From IMG/VR virus record IMGVR_UViG_3300008261_000005: 64,000 nucleotides of DNA; one strand, 5' to 3'. This document shows positions 23,454 to 33,500 of the stretch, piece by piece. The notes beneath the pieces were generated by a model that saw nothing but the letters and a program-made list of their open reading frames with translations, had not been told where the DNA came from and ran no database searches. The translations under genes were made by a program, and so were the position numbers. Positions within the stretch are counted from its first letter, which is position 1. Every line of letters begins with the position of its first letter. This DNA comes from a virus.

Positions 23454-23756
23454 ATGAACAAACTAATTTTCGTTGCAGGACTTGCACTAGCACTATCTTT
23501 TTCAGCACAAGCCGCAGACACTAAGCCAACTGAGAAAAAACCAGCAGTAACTAAACCAGCTGAGAAAAAACCAGCTGATAAAAAACCAGCTGATAAAAAG
23601 CCAGTTGAGAAAAAGCCAGCTGCCAAAGGCCCAGAGCATGTAAAATGCGATATCAAGAAAGATCCAAAATGTAAAGACGTAGTTAAGAAACCATTAACTA
23701 AAGAAGAACGTGAGGCAAAAAAGAAGGCTAAAGAGGCTGCTTCGGCAACCAAGTAA
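23454..23756 (+). CDS. Exported Lys/Pro-rich protein with KKPA(D/E) repeats
   Basis: Signal peptide; TAAATA at 23429 and AAGGAG SD. Confidence 0.8.
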   Translation: MNKLIFVAGLALALSFSAQAADTKPTEKKPAVTKPAEKKPADKKPADKKPVEKKPAAKGPEHVKCDIKKDPKCKDVVKKPLTKEEREAKKKAKEAASATK

Positions 23757-23771
23757 TCTTGCAATTATACT

Positions 23772-23797
23772 AAAAGGATCTTCGGATCCTTTTTTTT
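23772..23797 (+). terminator. Rho-independent terminator
   Basis: AAAAGGATC-TTCG-GATCCTTTT plus T run. Confidence 0.9.
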
Positions 23798-24037
23798 GTG
23801 ACTATATACTCTATGTTTATAGAAACTAGACAGTCTGGATCAAAATGGTTAGCATACGTTTGGGCAGAAAACGAAAATGAAATGGATGTTTATAACGAAA
23901 CATATCCAGAAGAAACTTATGTTTTTATAAATGATTGGTGTAAAACCACATTTGGCAAGCATTCACGCACAGCATACAATGTTTTCGAATTCAAAAAAAG
24001 ACAGCATTTGGATTGGTTTTTACTCAAATGGGCTTGA
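23798..24037 (+). CDS. Hypothetical protein
   Basis: ORF; start GTG 23798 or ATG 23813. Confidence 0.55.
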   Translation: MTIYSMFIETRQSGSKWLAYVWAENENEMDVYNETYPEETYVFINDWCKTTFGKHSRTAYNVFEFKKRQHLDWFLLKWA

Positions 24038-24062
24038 CATTTGGCACAAATTCACATATAAT
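24034..24062 (+). promoter_or_regulatory. sigma70-type promoter
   Basis: TTGACA-N17-TATAAT. Confidence 0.8.
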
Positions 24063-24094
24063 ATACGTATTGTTTAACAAAACGGAGCAAGAAA

Positions 24095-25306
24095 ATGGCA
24101 ACTAAAGCACCAGCTAAAAAGACCCGAGTAACTAAAAAGCAAGTTATTGCACATCGTACTCGTGCTGTCAAAGATCATAGTCCAACTTGGGACAATTCCG
24201 AAGCAATGGACACTAGCCAATTTTTGCGTCATTTCCATACTGCTATGGAATACTACCGTTTAGAGTTTAGTGGTAAAGATTTGAAGCCAGCCATTATTAA
24301 ATGGATGACTAGTGTAGAATGCACTAAAGAAGATATTGCCGCTTTTAAGAAAACACGAGATCAACGTTGCGGTGTTACTATGGGTGCTATTGCAAGTTGT
24401 TTGCTACGTGGCATGCCAGATGTCCGTGCAGATTTTAATGATGGTCGTAGCACTTCTGCGTGGTTACGTGCAGCCATTGTAAAAATTGTAGAGGATGGCA
24501 AATACGATATTGACGAGGAAGAAGAAGCCGCAAAGGCAGAATCAAATAAGAAAGACATACATACACCCAGTATTCAAGAACGTGTGCGTGATGCCGCATT
24601 TGGTATGACCGAAGAGATTGAAGATGCTATCGAAGGATTTCAAACAGAACCAGAAGCGTTTGATCCAAAAGCATTTAAGGTGCTGAACTTGCTCAAAGGT
24701 AAGGGAGTTAAGGCTGCACATGCTCGTATTATTAAAGATTTTTATGCTCGAGATTTATCCGAGTTAGAAGAACTGGCTAGTGGCAAAGCTGACGAGCAGT
24801 TGCGTGAAGGATACAGTCATCTTAGTAAAAAACAAGTTAAAAACTTGATTGCTTTTTATCAAGAAATTGCCAGTGCCTGCGACATGCTTACACAAGAAGC
24901 CAAAGTTAATCGTGCGCCACGTGCTAAGAAAGCTGTTCCAGCAGAAAAGATTGTTGCTAAACTCAAGTACATGAAGACCAATGAGCCTTTGAAACTTGTA
25001 AGCATTAGTCCTACTGATATCATTGGCTCAAAAGAGTTGTGGATATTCAATACTAAGAGCCGTAAGATTGGACGTTATGTTGCAGAGGAATACAAAGAGT
25101 TAGGGGTCAAAGGCACTACAATTACTGGCTTTGACGCAAACTTGAGTGTTCAAAAGACTGTACGCAAACCCGAAGAAAAACTTAAAGAGTTTAAGGCAGC
25201 GGGCAAGGTTCAATTGCGTAAGTTCTTAGATGAAATTAACGCTACTGATACCAAAATGAATGGTCGTATCAACGAAGAAACCATTCTTCTTAAAGTACAA
25301 AGTTAA
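24095..25306 (+). CDS. Hypothetical protein, 403 aa
   Basis: GGAG SD, own promoter, long ORF. Confidence 0.85.
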   Translation: MATKAPAKKTRVTKKQVIAHRTRAVKDHSPTWDNSEAMDTSQFLRHFHTAMEYYRLEFSGKDLKPAIIKWMTSVECTKEDIAAFKKTRDQRCGVTMGAIASCLLRGMPDVRADFNDGRSTSAWLRAAIVKIVEDGKYDIDEEEEAAKAESNKKDIHTPSIQERVRDAAFGMTEEIEDAIEGFQTEPEAFDPKAFKVLNLLKGKGVKAAHARIIKDFYARDLSELEELASGKADEQLREGYSHLSKKQVKNLIAFYQEIASACDMLTQEAKVNRAPRAKKAVPAEKIVAKLKYMKTNEPLKLVSISPTDIIGSKELWIFNTKSRKIGRYVAEEYKELGVKGTTITGFDANLSVQKTVRKPEEKLKEFKAAGKVQLRKFLDEINATDTKMNGRINEETILLKVQS

Positions 25307-25314
25307 AGTACCCG

Positions 25315-25352
25315 AGCATAGATAAATACCTTTAGTAGGTATTTTCTATGCT
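25315..25352. repeat. Long intergenic inverted repeat containing TAAATA
   Basis: AGCATAGA-T-AAATACCT-TTAGT-AGGTATTT-TCTATGCT. Confidence 0.6.
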
Positions 25353-25422
25353 TAATTCCGCTTGAACAGGCAGAATTGCTGATATAGTTTCCTATACTAA
25401 ATATAAGACAAGAGGAAAACTT

Positions 25423-26958
25423 ATGAATCAACTGCTTTCAATTGTGGATGACAAACTAGTAGTGGATAGACTACAGGTAAAGAATACTGAGGGAAATCTA
25501 ACTCACGCAGGTGATATAACTGTGTTGGGATCAGCTATTTTTGCAGCCAACGTACAATTAGCCAAAGACGTCGAAGTGCGTGGCACACTTACGGTAGATA
25601 CTATCAATGCTAAAAACATCGTCACCAATCAAAATAGCAGTTCAACTGGATCTTTAGATTTTTCAGAAGCATCCGAAGCTGCTCTAGACGGTAAAGGTCT
25701 AAACTTTACAGTCGGTGACACTACAAATCAATTCATTTATAAAGAAGGTGGAAAACTTTGGAGTACGTTGAACGTTGACTTAGCTCCAGGAAAGGCCTTT
25801 TTTATTGAAAACTTGCCAGTACTAACTTTAGACACACTGGGCAATTCAGTAACAAAAAGTAATTTACGCAAAGTTGGAACACTAAAGAGCTTGGAAGTAG
25901 CGGGTGCGGCCAAGATTGGCGAATGGGCATATTTTAACCCTGTTCATCAGCGTTTAGGTATTAATACAGATAGCCCAAGCGGTGCAATTACCATCGTTGA
26001 AAACAATGTAGAGTTAGTGTTAAGCAGTTACAAAGTCAATGCTGCCTATGTTGGCACTTATAATAACACTGATTTAGAATTAGGCACCGATAATACTACT
26101 AGACTAACATTGAAGAATACGGGCGAAGTTATTATTGGTCATCCGTCATATAAAAACGGTATTTTAAAAATTAACGGTCGCTTGGAAGTTGATGAAATTA
26201 TCACTACAAGCACTAAAGAAATCAACGAATCCCTAGTGTTTACAGCTACATCTGATAGTGACATTTATGGCACAGGTGTATTTTGGAATCAAGGCCGAAC
26301 ACAAAAACATTTAAGTTATACAGCAGGTCCAGATCGAATTTGGTCAACAGAAATAATTGATTTATCTAATGAAAAATATTATTCAATTGCTGGCCAATTG
26401 GTTTTATCCAAAAATAAGTTAGGTGACGGAGTAAGTAGCAGTCGTTTGACCAGCGTTGGCACACTTCAATCATTAGCAGTTGCTGGTGATACTGCTGTAA
26501 AAGGCTCCATTTCAGTTGGACCACAACAAACTACTATTATATCCGACACTATTAGATTTAATAATGTTAATAATTTTGAATTATCATCATCAGGCATCAG
26601 AGTCAAAGACACGTTTTCAGTGATGTGTGATAGTGAACAAGAATTTAAAATTGATGCAAATGGTGCAATTGAATTTGGAAACGAATACAATGTTAATAGA
26701 CTAGTAAAAGTCTATGGTCAATTAAGTGTTGGCGTAAAGGTTCCTGCTGGTGATGTTGCATTTACTGTAGGCGGAGCAGTTAGCCTTAATGGTAAGAAGT
26801 TTGTTAAGAGTTCTAGTAAACCCACAGTTGGCATTTACCAGAAAGGCGATATTTGTTGGAACACTGATCCTAAAGATACAGACTATATTGGATGGGTATG
26901 TGTTAGAGAAGGATCTCCAGGCGAATGGATGAGATTTGGACAAATAGTATCAAGTTAA
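25423..26958 (+). CDS. Probable virion fibre/beta-rich structural protein
   Basis: Repeated SNLRKVGTL/SRLTSVGTL; C-terminal KGDICWNTDP...GWVCV...W; TAAATA at 25398. Confidence 0.65.
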   Translation: MNQLLSIVDDKLVVDRLQVKNTEGNLTHAGDITVLGSAIFAANVQLAKDVEVRGTLTVDTINAKNIVTNQNSSSTGSLDFSEASEAALDGKGLNFTVGDTTNQFIYKEGGKLWSTLNVDLAPGKAFFIENLPVLTLDTLGNSVTKSNLRKVGTLKSLEVAGAAKIGEWAYFNPVHQRLGINTDSPSGAITIVENNVELVLSSYKVNAAYVGTYNNTDLELGTDNTTRLTLKNTGEVIIGHPSYKNGILKINGRLEVDEIITTSTKEINESLVFTATSDSDIYGTGVFWNQGRTQKHLSYTAGPDRIWSTEIIDLSNEKYYSIAGQLVLSKNKLGDGVSSSRLTSVGTLQSLAVAGDTAVKGSISVGPQQTTIISDTIRFNNVNNFELSSSGIRVKDTFSVMCDSEQEFKIDANGAIEFGNEYNVNRLVKVYGQLSVGVKVPAGDVAFTVGGAVSLNGKKFVKSSSKPTVGIYQKGDICWNTDPKDTDYIGWVCVREGSPGEWMRFGQIVSS

Positions 26959-27010
26959 TTATCCAACCAAAAAACTTTACATTGGCCTAAGTTCGTGTAT
27001 AATTACTATA

Positions 27011-27053
27011 TGCGGACTTAGACATTCATCCCGCAATATAAACTCTGCATGTC
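27011..27053 (+). promoter_or_regulatory. Riboswitch-like pseudoknot leader of queD
   Basis: P1 TGCGG/CCGCA, loop TAGA pairing with TCTG after A-rich linker; starts about +1 of TTTACA-N16-TATAAT (26976-27003). Confidence 0.45.
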
Positions 27054-27076
27054 ATTGTTAACAAAGGAAGACAACA

Positions 27077-27574
27077 ATGGCAAAATATCTATCAACAAAA
27101 ACATACGGTACTGACCGCGGCTTATCATGCTGTTTTAGACAATGGCGAGCAATGCACAGTCACTGCTCGCTATTACACGGATACTCAATTGGTATTCGAT
27201 TAATTTTTGAATCAGAAACACTAGATGATAAAAACTGGGTTATGGATTTTGGTGGCCTAAAGAAGTTCAAATCATGGGCCGACTACATGTTCGATCACAC
27301 TCTTGTCATAGCACAAGATGATCCACATTTAGAAATGTTCAAACAAATGGCTGCTATGGGCAAACAAGATCAAGGTGGTGTATGCGACTTGCGTATTGTT
27401 GAAGCAGTTGGTTGTGAAAAATTTGCAGAGCTTGCTTATACGGAAATGAGTAGAATTTTAGAACAGCTCAAAGAATATCCAGACCAAGATCGTTACCCAG
27501 TAAATCCAATGATTCGATTAAAGTCGGCTGAAGTGTTTGAACACGATGGTAATTCAGCAATTTACGAAGGCTAA
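27077..27574 (+). CDS. queD: 6-carboxytetrahydropterin synthase (QueD/PTPS family)
   Basis: HSHCSLLHGY, WVMDFGGLK, FDHTL, CEKFAE, EHDGNSA. Confidence 0.85.
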   Translation: MAKYLSTKTYGTDRGLSCCFRQWRAMHSHCSLLHGYSIGIRLIFESETLDDKNWVMDFGGLKKFKSWADYMFDHTLVIAQDDPHLEMFKQMAAMGKQDQGGVCDLRIVEAVGCEKFAELAYTEMSRILEQLKEYPDQDRYPVNPMIRLKSAEVFEHDGNSAIYEG

Positions 27575-28270
27575 ATGTCAAGAAGCGTTGTTTGCTTAAA
27601 ATACGGCAACAAGTATAGTGCAGATTATGTTAATAGATTGTTTAATATGGTCAAACGCCATAGTACAAAATCTGTTAACTTTGTCTGCATAACTGAAGAT
27701 GCTACAAATTTAAATCCAGCAATACAAATAGTACCACTTCCTGAAGTTGATTTGCAAGGGTGGTGGTACAAGCCCTATGTTTTCAGTGATAAGTTCCCAG
27801 TAACCGGAACTTTATTATTTTTAGATTTAGACATAGTTATAGTAAGAAACATGGATCACTTCTGGACTCACAGTCCTGGAAAGTTTTGTATTATCAGAGA
27901 TTTCAATCGTTCAATATATCCCGATTGGAAAAGATTTAACAGCTCTGTATTTCGATTAGAAGCACATACCAATCCCACAGTCTGGAAAAACTTAGTAAAT
28001 AATCTAACAGTTACTAAACGTATGCACGGCGATCAGGATTGGATGTTTGATCAAATTAAAACAAATTTTGATTTTTGGCCTGATGAATGGTGTCAAAGTT
28101 ATAAATGGGAAGTTCGAGATCGAAAAGAATTATCTGGTGCAGGCAACAACAAGATGTTTACCAAAATTGTTGAACCTGAGATTAAAACAAATACATCAAT
28201 TTTAGTATTTCACGGATCACCAAAACCAGAACAAGTTAAGGATCCAATTGTAGTTGACAACTGGCGATAA
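27575..28270 (+). CDS. Glycosyltransferase-like protein (GT-A, DxD)
   Basis: CLKYGNKY, WWYK, FLDLDIVI, NSSV, GDQDW, VFHGSPKP. Confidence 0.7.
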   Translation: MSRSVVCLKYGNKYSADYVNRLFNMVKRHSTKSVNFVCITEDATNLNPAIQIVPLPEVDLQGWWYKPYVFSDKFPVTGTLLFLDLDIVIVRNMDHFWTHSPGKFCIIRDFNRSIYPDWKRFNSSVFRLEAHTNPTVWKNLVNNLTVTKRMHGDQDWMFDQIKTNFDFWPDEWCQSYKWEVRDRKELSGAGNNKMFTKIVEPEIKTNTSILVFHGSPKPEQVKDPIVVDNWR

Positions 28271-28282
28271 TTGCTGTATAAT
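28254..28282 (+). promoter_or_regulatory. sigma70-type promoter
   Basis: TTGACA-N17-TATAAT, leaderless ATG at 28289. Confidence 0.8.
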
Positions 28283-28288
28283 AACAGT

Positions 28289-28438
28289 ATGAGACACATA
28301 ATCGCATTTGTTTTATTGGTAGGCTGGATTGCAGGACTTGTCATTGCAAAGGGCTTTTGGTCAACCACGTTTGCAATCTTTATACCCCTATGGTCATATT
28401 ATTTGGTTGTTGAACGTCTTATAGAAAAATTCCTATGA
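28289..28438 (+). CDS. Small membrane protein, 49 aa (not in track)
   Basis: MRHIIAFVLLVGWIAGLVIAKGFW...; coupled to uvsE. Confidence 0.6.
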   Translation: MRHIIAFVLLVGWIAGLVIAKGFWSTTFAIFIPLWSYYLVVERLIEKFL

Positions 28439-29457
28439 AAAGAATTGGTTACGCTTGTAAATGGTTAGATGATGCCTCAGAAGTAAGGGGCATGAAAGTC
28501 AATGCCGCTAATAGAGAATTAAATGGTCGCAGTACTACCATGCGATGGTTACGTGAACATCCGTTAGAAGCTGAACAACGTCTGTACGAACTGATGGATC
28601 ACAACACGTCAGCCGCGATCAAACAGATTGAACGTGTGGCCACTCTGCCGCCTGAGCGAAGAATGATGCGTATTGGTTCAGAAATGCTGAGTGGTTATAC
28701 TGAAAAAGACTGGATCAAATGGTGGCAACATCCAGATCAACAACGTCATTGCGAGAAGATATTTGCTCCAGTGGGCAAAGCGGCTCGCAAACATGATGTG
28801 CGTGTTAGTTTTCATCCAGGACAGTTTTGTGTCTTGGCTAGTGAAAATCCAGGCATTGTAGAAAGATCAATAGAGGAGTTTGAATATCATGCTGACATGG
28901 CCAGATGGATGGGCTTTGGCAAATCCTTCCAGGATTTTAAAATCAACGTACATATCTCGGGTAAACGCGGCCCCGAAGGCATTCGATCTGCCCTCAGACG
29001 GCTTTCCCCAGAAGCAAGAAACTGCATCACAATTGAAAACGACGAAATGTCCTGGGGAGTCGAGTCCAGTCTCGAACTCGTCAATGACTGTGCATTGGTT
29101 CTTGACCTACACCATCACTGGATACGTACAGGTGAATATATACAGTCCACCGATGATAGAGTTAAACGTGTAATTGATAGTTGGCGTGGTGTGCGCCCAG
29201 TATGTCATTACAGTGTCAGCAGAGAAGATGTACTAGTAGGTCACGATCCCAATGTTGTACCCAATCATGCTCAACTGCTTGAATCAGGTTACAAGAAACA
29301 AAAGATGCGGGCACACAGTGATTGGTATTGGAATCAGCCCGTGACCGATTGGGCACTGAGCTTTTGGGAAAACTTTGACATCATGTGCGAAAGCAAAGGC
29401 AAAAACTTGTCTAGTGCCCAGGTGTACAACAGAGCACTAGAACTTAAACTAATATAG
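28435..29457 (+). CDS. uvsE: UV damage endonuclease
   Basis: RIGYAC, RMMRIGS, SFHPGQFCVLAS, INVH, IENDE, DLHHH. Confidence 0.9.
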   Translation: MKRIGYACKWLDDASEVRGMKVNAANRELNGRSTTMRWLREHPLEAEQRLYELMDHNTSAAIKQIERVATLPPERRMMRIGSEMLSGYTEKDWIKWWQHPDQQRHCEKIFAPVGKAARKHDVRVSFHPGQFCVLASENPGIVERSIEEFEYHADMARWMGFGKSFQDFKINVHISGKRGPEGIRSALRRLSPEARNCITIENDEMSWGVESSLELVNDCALVLDLHHHWIRTGEYIQSTDDRVKRVIDSWRGVRPVCHYSVSREDVLVGHDPNVVPNHAQLLESGYKKQKMRAHSDWYWNQPVTDWALSFWENFDIMCESKGKNLSSAQVYNRALELKLI

Positions 29458-29464
29458 TAACAAT

Positions 29465-29489
29465 AAAAAGCACCCAAGAGGTGCTTTTT
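29465..29489. terminator. Bidirectional terminator
   Basis: AAAAAGCACC-CAAGA-GGTGCTTTTT between convergent genes. Confidence 0.85.
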
Positions 29490-29755
29490 TATTTTGCAAC
29501 TTTAGGCTTACGTGGTCCACGTGGCTTCTTGACTGCTGGCTTTTTGTCAAACTGTTGCTTCTTTGCAGGAGCCTTTTTTGGCGCTTCAGTGGTTGCAACA
29601 ACTTCTACAGGCGCAGTTTCTACAGGCGCAGTTTCTACAGGTTGAGCATTCACAGCTTCAACTTTAGCTTCAACTTCTACCTTATATGGTGCCTCTACCG
29701 GTGTCTCTACAACGGCTGGTTTGCCTGTAAAGAATTCTTTAATTGCTTTGAACAT
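29489..29755 (-). CDS. Small Lys/Pro/Ala-rich protein
   Basis: AAGGAGG SD; TAAATA at 29778-29783; PVETA repeats. Confidence 0.75.
   Translation of the reverse strand: MFKAIKEFFTGKPAVVETPVEAPYKVEVEAKVEAVNAQPVETAPVETAPVEVVATTEAPKKAPAKKQQFDKKPAVKKPRGPRKPKVAK
29603..29641. repeat. 15-nt coding tandem repeat
   Basis: TTCTACAGGCGCAGT twice plus a partial copy. Confidence 0.8.
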
Positions 29756-29804
29756 GTTAATGTCCTCCTTAGATTTTTATTTAGTTGTATTAAAACGCAG
29801 TTCG

Positions 29805-30095
29805 TTATAATTTAGAAACGTCTTGCATACTGCTAGCCTTCATATCCCAAATACGCCTATTTTCCACTCCCTTTTTTTGAGCAAACTGTTTAGAATCGCA
29901 GTTGCTACAAACGTGAAAGTAGTTATTACTTAGTCGTTTTGGATCCATCTTACCTTTGTCTCTTCGAAATAACTCATTGCAGTTATCACACCTAAAAAGA
30001 ATCACAGCACGTTTACGAGTATACGCATGTTCTTTTCCTAGCTTGCTAGTCCTAGTATGCTCTGTGAGCTCATATTCAATCTTTATAAACATCAT
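29805..30095 (-). CDS. Zinc-ribbon protein
   Basis: RCDNC...HVCSNC; TAAATA immediately upstream. Confidence 0.7.
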   Translation of the reverse strand: MMFIKIEYELTEHTRTSKLGKEHAYTRKRAVILFRCDNCNELFRRDKGKMDPKRLSNNYFHVCSNCDSKQFAQKKGVENRRIWDMKASSMQDVSKL

Positions 30096-30155
30096 GTATT
30101 TACTTTACATTAAGGTTATAAAATCATGTAGATAAATACCTTATAAGGAACCATA

Positions 30156-30506
30156 ATGATAACAATTTCTGAATCAGCAAAAGCTAAAATTATTGACATA
30201 TTGCGTGAGGAAAACAATCCACGCATGGCACTTAGAACATTTGTGCAAGGTGGCGGCTGTAGTGGTTTTAATTATGGGTTTACACTAGACGAAGAAGTCA
30301 ACGAAGACGACTTTGAAATTGCTTTAGATGAGTTCAAAGTTGTTGTAGATGGTATGAGTATGACTTATCTCACGGGATCAGAAATAGATTACAGTGAGAG
30401 TACCATGGGATCAAGTTTTAACATCAAAAACCCAAATGCAAATAGCACCTGCGGGTGCGGATCTAGCTTTAGTGTAGGGCAAGATTTTCACGAAGAATTA
30501 GGATAA
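30156..30506 (+). CDS. IscA/ErpA (HesB) Fe-S cluster carrier
   Basis: [23 protein letters not shown]. Confidence 0.9.
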   Translation: MITISESAKAKIIDILREENNPRMALRTFVQGGGCSGFNYGFTLDEEVNEDDFEIALDEFKVVVDGMSMTYLTGSEIDYSESTMGSSFNIKNPNANSTCGCGSSFSVGQDFHEELG

Positions 30507-30510
30507 TATC

Positions 30511-33500
30511 ATGGCAAGACAATCAATCGACATTGGCGTACAAGGTAATGACGGAACCGGCGATAGTATTCGCGAATCGTTCCGCAAAGTTAATGCCAAC
30601 TTTAACGAGCTTTACGCTATTTTCAATACTGGAGACAGGATTGGATTTACAGATCTTGACGGAACTCCCAACACATTAGGTTCAAATCAAATCCTAACAT
30701 CTGATGATGCAGGTGCTGAAGTTTTAGCTAGAGATCTTGTACAGGGCAATAATGTTACTATCGATGTAAGTGATCCTACAAAAATTACAATCTCAGCAAC
30801 TGGCGGTGATATTGTAAACGACGAGTTCCCTACCTTAGGCGGACCATTAAACGGTTTAGGTGTATTCCCAATTGGTAAAATTGCAGAACCAAGTGTACAG
30901 GCTGTTCAAGATTTTAATGATCGTCACGGCCCTGGCGGCACCACTGTTACGATTGACGAGTTGGCTATTACTAAGGGATATGCAGATCGCAGATATATCC
31001 AACAAACTGGCGGGTCAAGTGCTGGACAGATTCGTCTAAGAGATGAGCCATTAAATGCATCAGGTTATACAAAATTAATTGACGTTTTTGCTGACGGTAA
31101 CGCTAGTATTACTGCACATGGTTATGATAGTGGTGCAGATGGTATTGCATTTACCTACAACTCGACGGGCGGTAACGCAACAGGTTTAACTGAAACTGTT
31201 AACGCTGGCAGCTTTGTAGTTGGCAGAACGTATATTATTAGCAGCGCAGGAAATACTACATGGACTAGTATTGGAGCCGTTGATAATCTTTTAGGTACAA
31301 AATTCATAGCAACTGGCGTTGGTTCTGGATCAGGAGTTGCTAAATCAGTTTACTTTTTAAAATATGTAAGTGCATCACAATTAAGCTTCTTTCATACTTT
31401 TGAAGATGCAAGAAACGGAACTAATCGAATTACTGTTAGTGGCGGATCAGGAGTTCAAACATTAACTGATGCATTTTATGATTCAAATTTAGAAGGCTTC
31501 TGGTTAAGCAATGAAGCTTTACCTCGCAAGAGCGTTGTTCGTCGCCAAGGCGACACAATGACCGGTGCGTTAACATTGCATGATCACCCAGGTAGTTTAG
31601 CTGGTTCAGGAACTCCAAACGGTGATGATGACTTACAGGCAGCAACAAAATACTATGTTGATAATTCAAGTTTTGCTAGTACAATTAATTTGTTTGTATC
31701 AGTTAGTGGTGATGACAATCAAACAAACACTCCACCTGGAAAAGAAGGTAGAGCATTAGCATATGCTTTTAAAAGTATCTACACTGCATGTGAATATGCA
31801 GAAACATTAATTGCGGCTGCGCAGCCAGAGCCTGGACCATATCAGCAAGTAATTGCATATGGTGAAGGAATTTCACAGAGTCGTGTTACAAATATTACTC
31901 CAAGTCCAGAAGGTTTTACAAGAATATTCTTCACAAATAATAACGGAACTGAAGTCGATCAAGGAAATCCATTAAACACTGATATCATTCCTGGAAAACT
32001 ATTGCAAGGTATGAATAGTGATGCAAGGGCAACCATTGTATTCTACTATGGTGCTGACGGATCATCTACAATTGGTGAAGACTACATAGATGTAGATGTG
32101 GTCAGTGGTGAGTTTCAAATTAACGAAACTTTGAAATACGGTGAAAGTGTTAAAGAACTTAACATTACAATCAATGTTGAGAGTGGAATTTACTACGAAG
32201 ACTTGCCAATTAGATTACCTGCCAACGTTGCCATAATTGGTGACGAAATGCGTAGAACAATTATTCGTCCAAGAAATAGGATTTCTAAATCCAAATACAG
32301 CAATGTTGCATTCTTTAGAGATAAAACATTTGACGGATTGCGTTTGACCGAGTACACTGGTACAAACCTTGCTCCAGCAACTACTGCAACTTCAAGTCAA
32401 TTAACAGGCGATGTAGTAATTACATTAGGAACAGGTACTGCCAGCAGTACCTGGATTGGCGGATTTTTTAAAGCAACTCAAGGGACAGGCGAATATCCAG
32501 CAGAAGGTGTTATTACAGCGGTCAATACCAACACATTCAATGTTACGTTGCACGATGATTTTTCATCGTTGACCCCTGTTACTAGTGGCAATTGGACAAT
32601 ATTTCAAACAACCAATTACGGCCGTCACTATTTGCAAGATCCTGCATTACGTGAAAATACAATTATTTTAGACATTGAAGATACATATCCAAAAGCATCA
32701 GCTCTATTACTATCTAATAAAGAGTTAATCAAAGACGAAGTAATTAGATATATGGATGTAACATATCCTACGTTACCTTATGATGATGTAGAATTTTCTA
32801 GAAGTGTTGGTTTGATCGTTGATGCTATGTCAGCTGATTTGCTAACTGGTGAAATTGATAACGTGTTGTCTGTTGGAGAACAATACTTTGATCCTAGTCG
32901 TTCACCTTTAGCTGTAACCACACAAAAAACTGAAACGCTAGTTGGCATTCAATACATCAATACTCTAGCACAACAAATAATTACAAACACAACATTATCA
33001 CCTAAACGTGGTACTATTGCACAAGTTAAAGATTTAGTTAATCCAGGAGAAACTGAATCTAGTACACGAATTTCTGGACAAGTTGGAGCAATTAAGGCAG
33101 CAATTGGCAAATACGATGTTGGGTCTATTTACAATCCACCTAAAAATAATTTAGAAATGGATGTGTTTTTATGCAATGACAGTGTTATTTTAAGACAGAT
33201 ATGTGTGCAAGGCCACGGCGGATTTATGATGGTTCTTGACCCTGCTGGACAAATTTTAAGTAAGTCTCCTTACTGTCAACAAAGTTCAAGTTTTTCTGGA
33301 TCAATAAACAAACAACGATTTGCTGGAGGACAGTTTGTTGATGGATTCAATGCTAATCTATCAGCTATTGTTACTACTAAGATAAATTCCACAAATATTG
33401 ATGTTACAAATACTGATCGCAAGCCGCAAGTGCCGGCGTTTTTCCAAGTAAATGCAAATCGATATAGAATTGACGCTGTAAATTATTCTGGTAATGGGTA

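Noticed and set aside
28275-28288. LexA SOS box before the uvsE operon
   Set aside because: CTGT-N6-ACAG has a 6-nt spacer; the proteobacterial box needs N8
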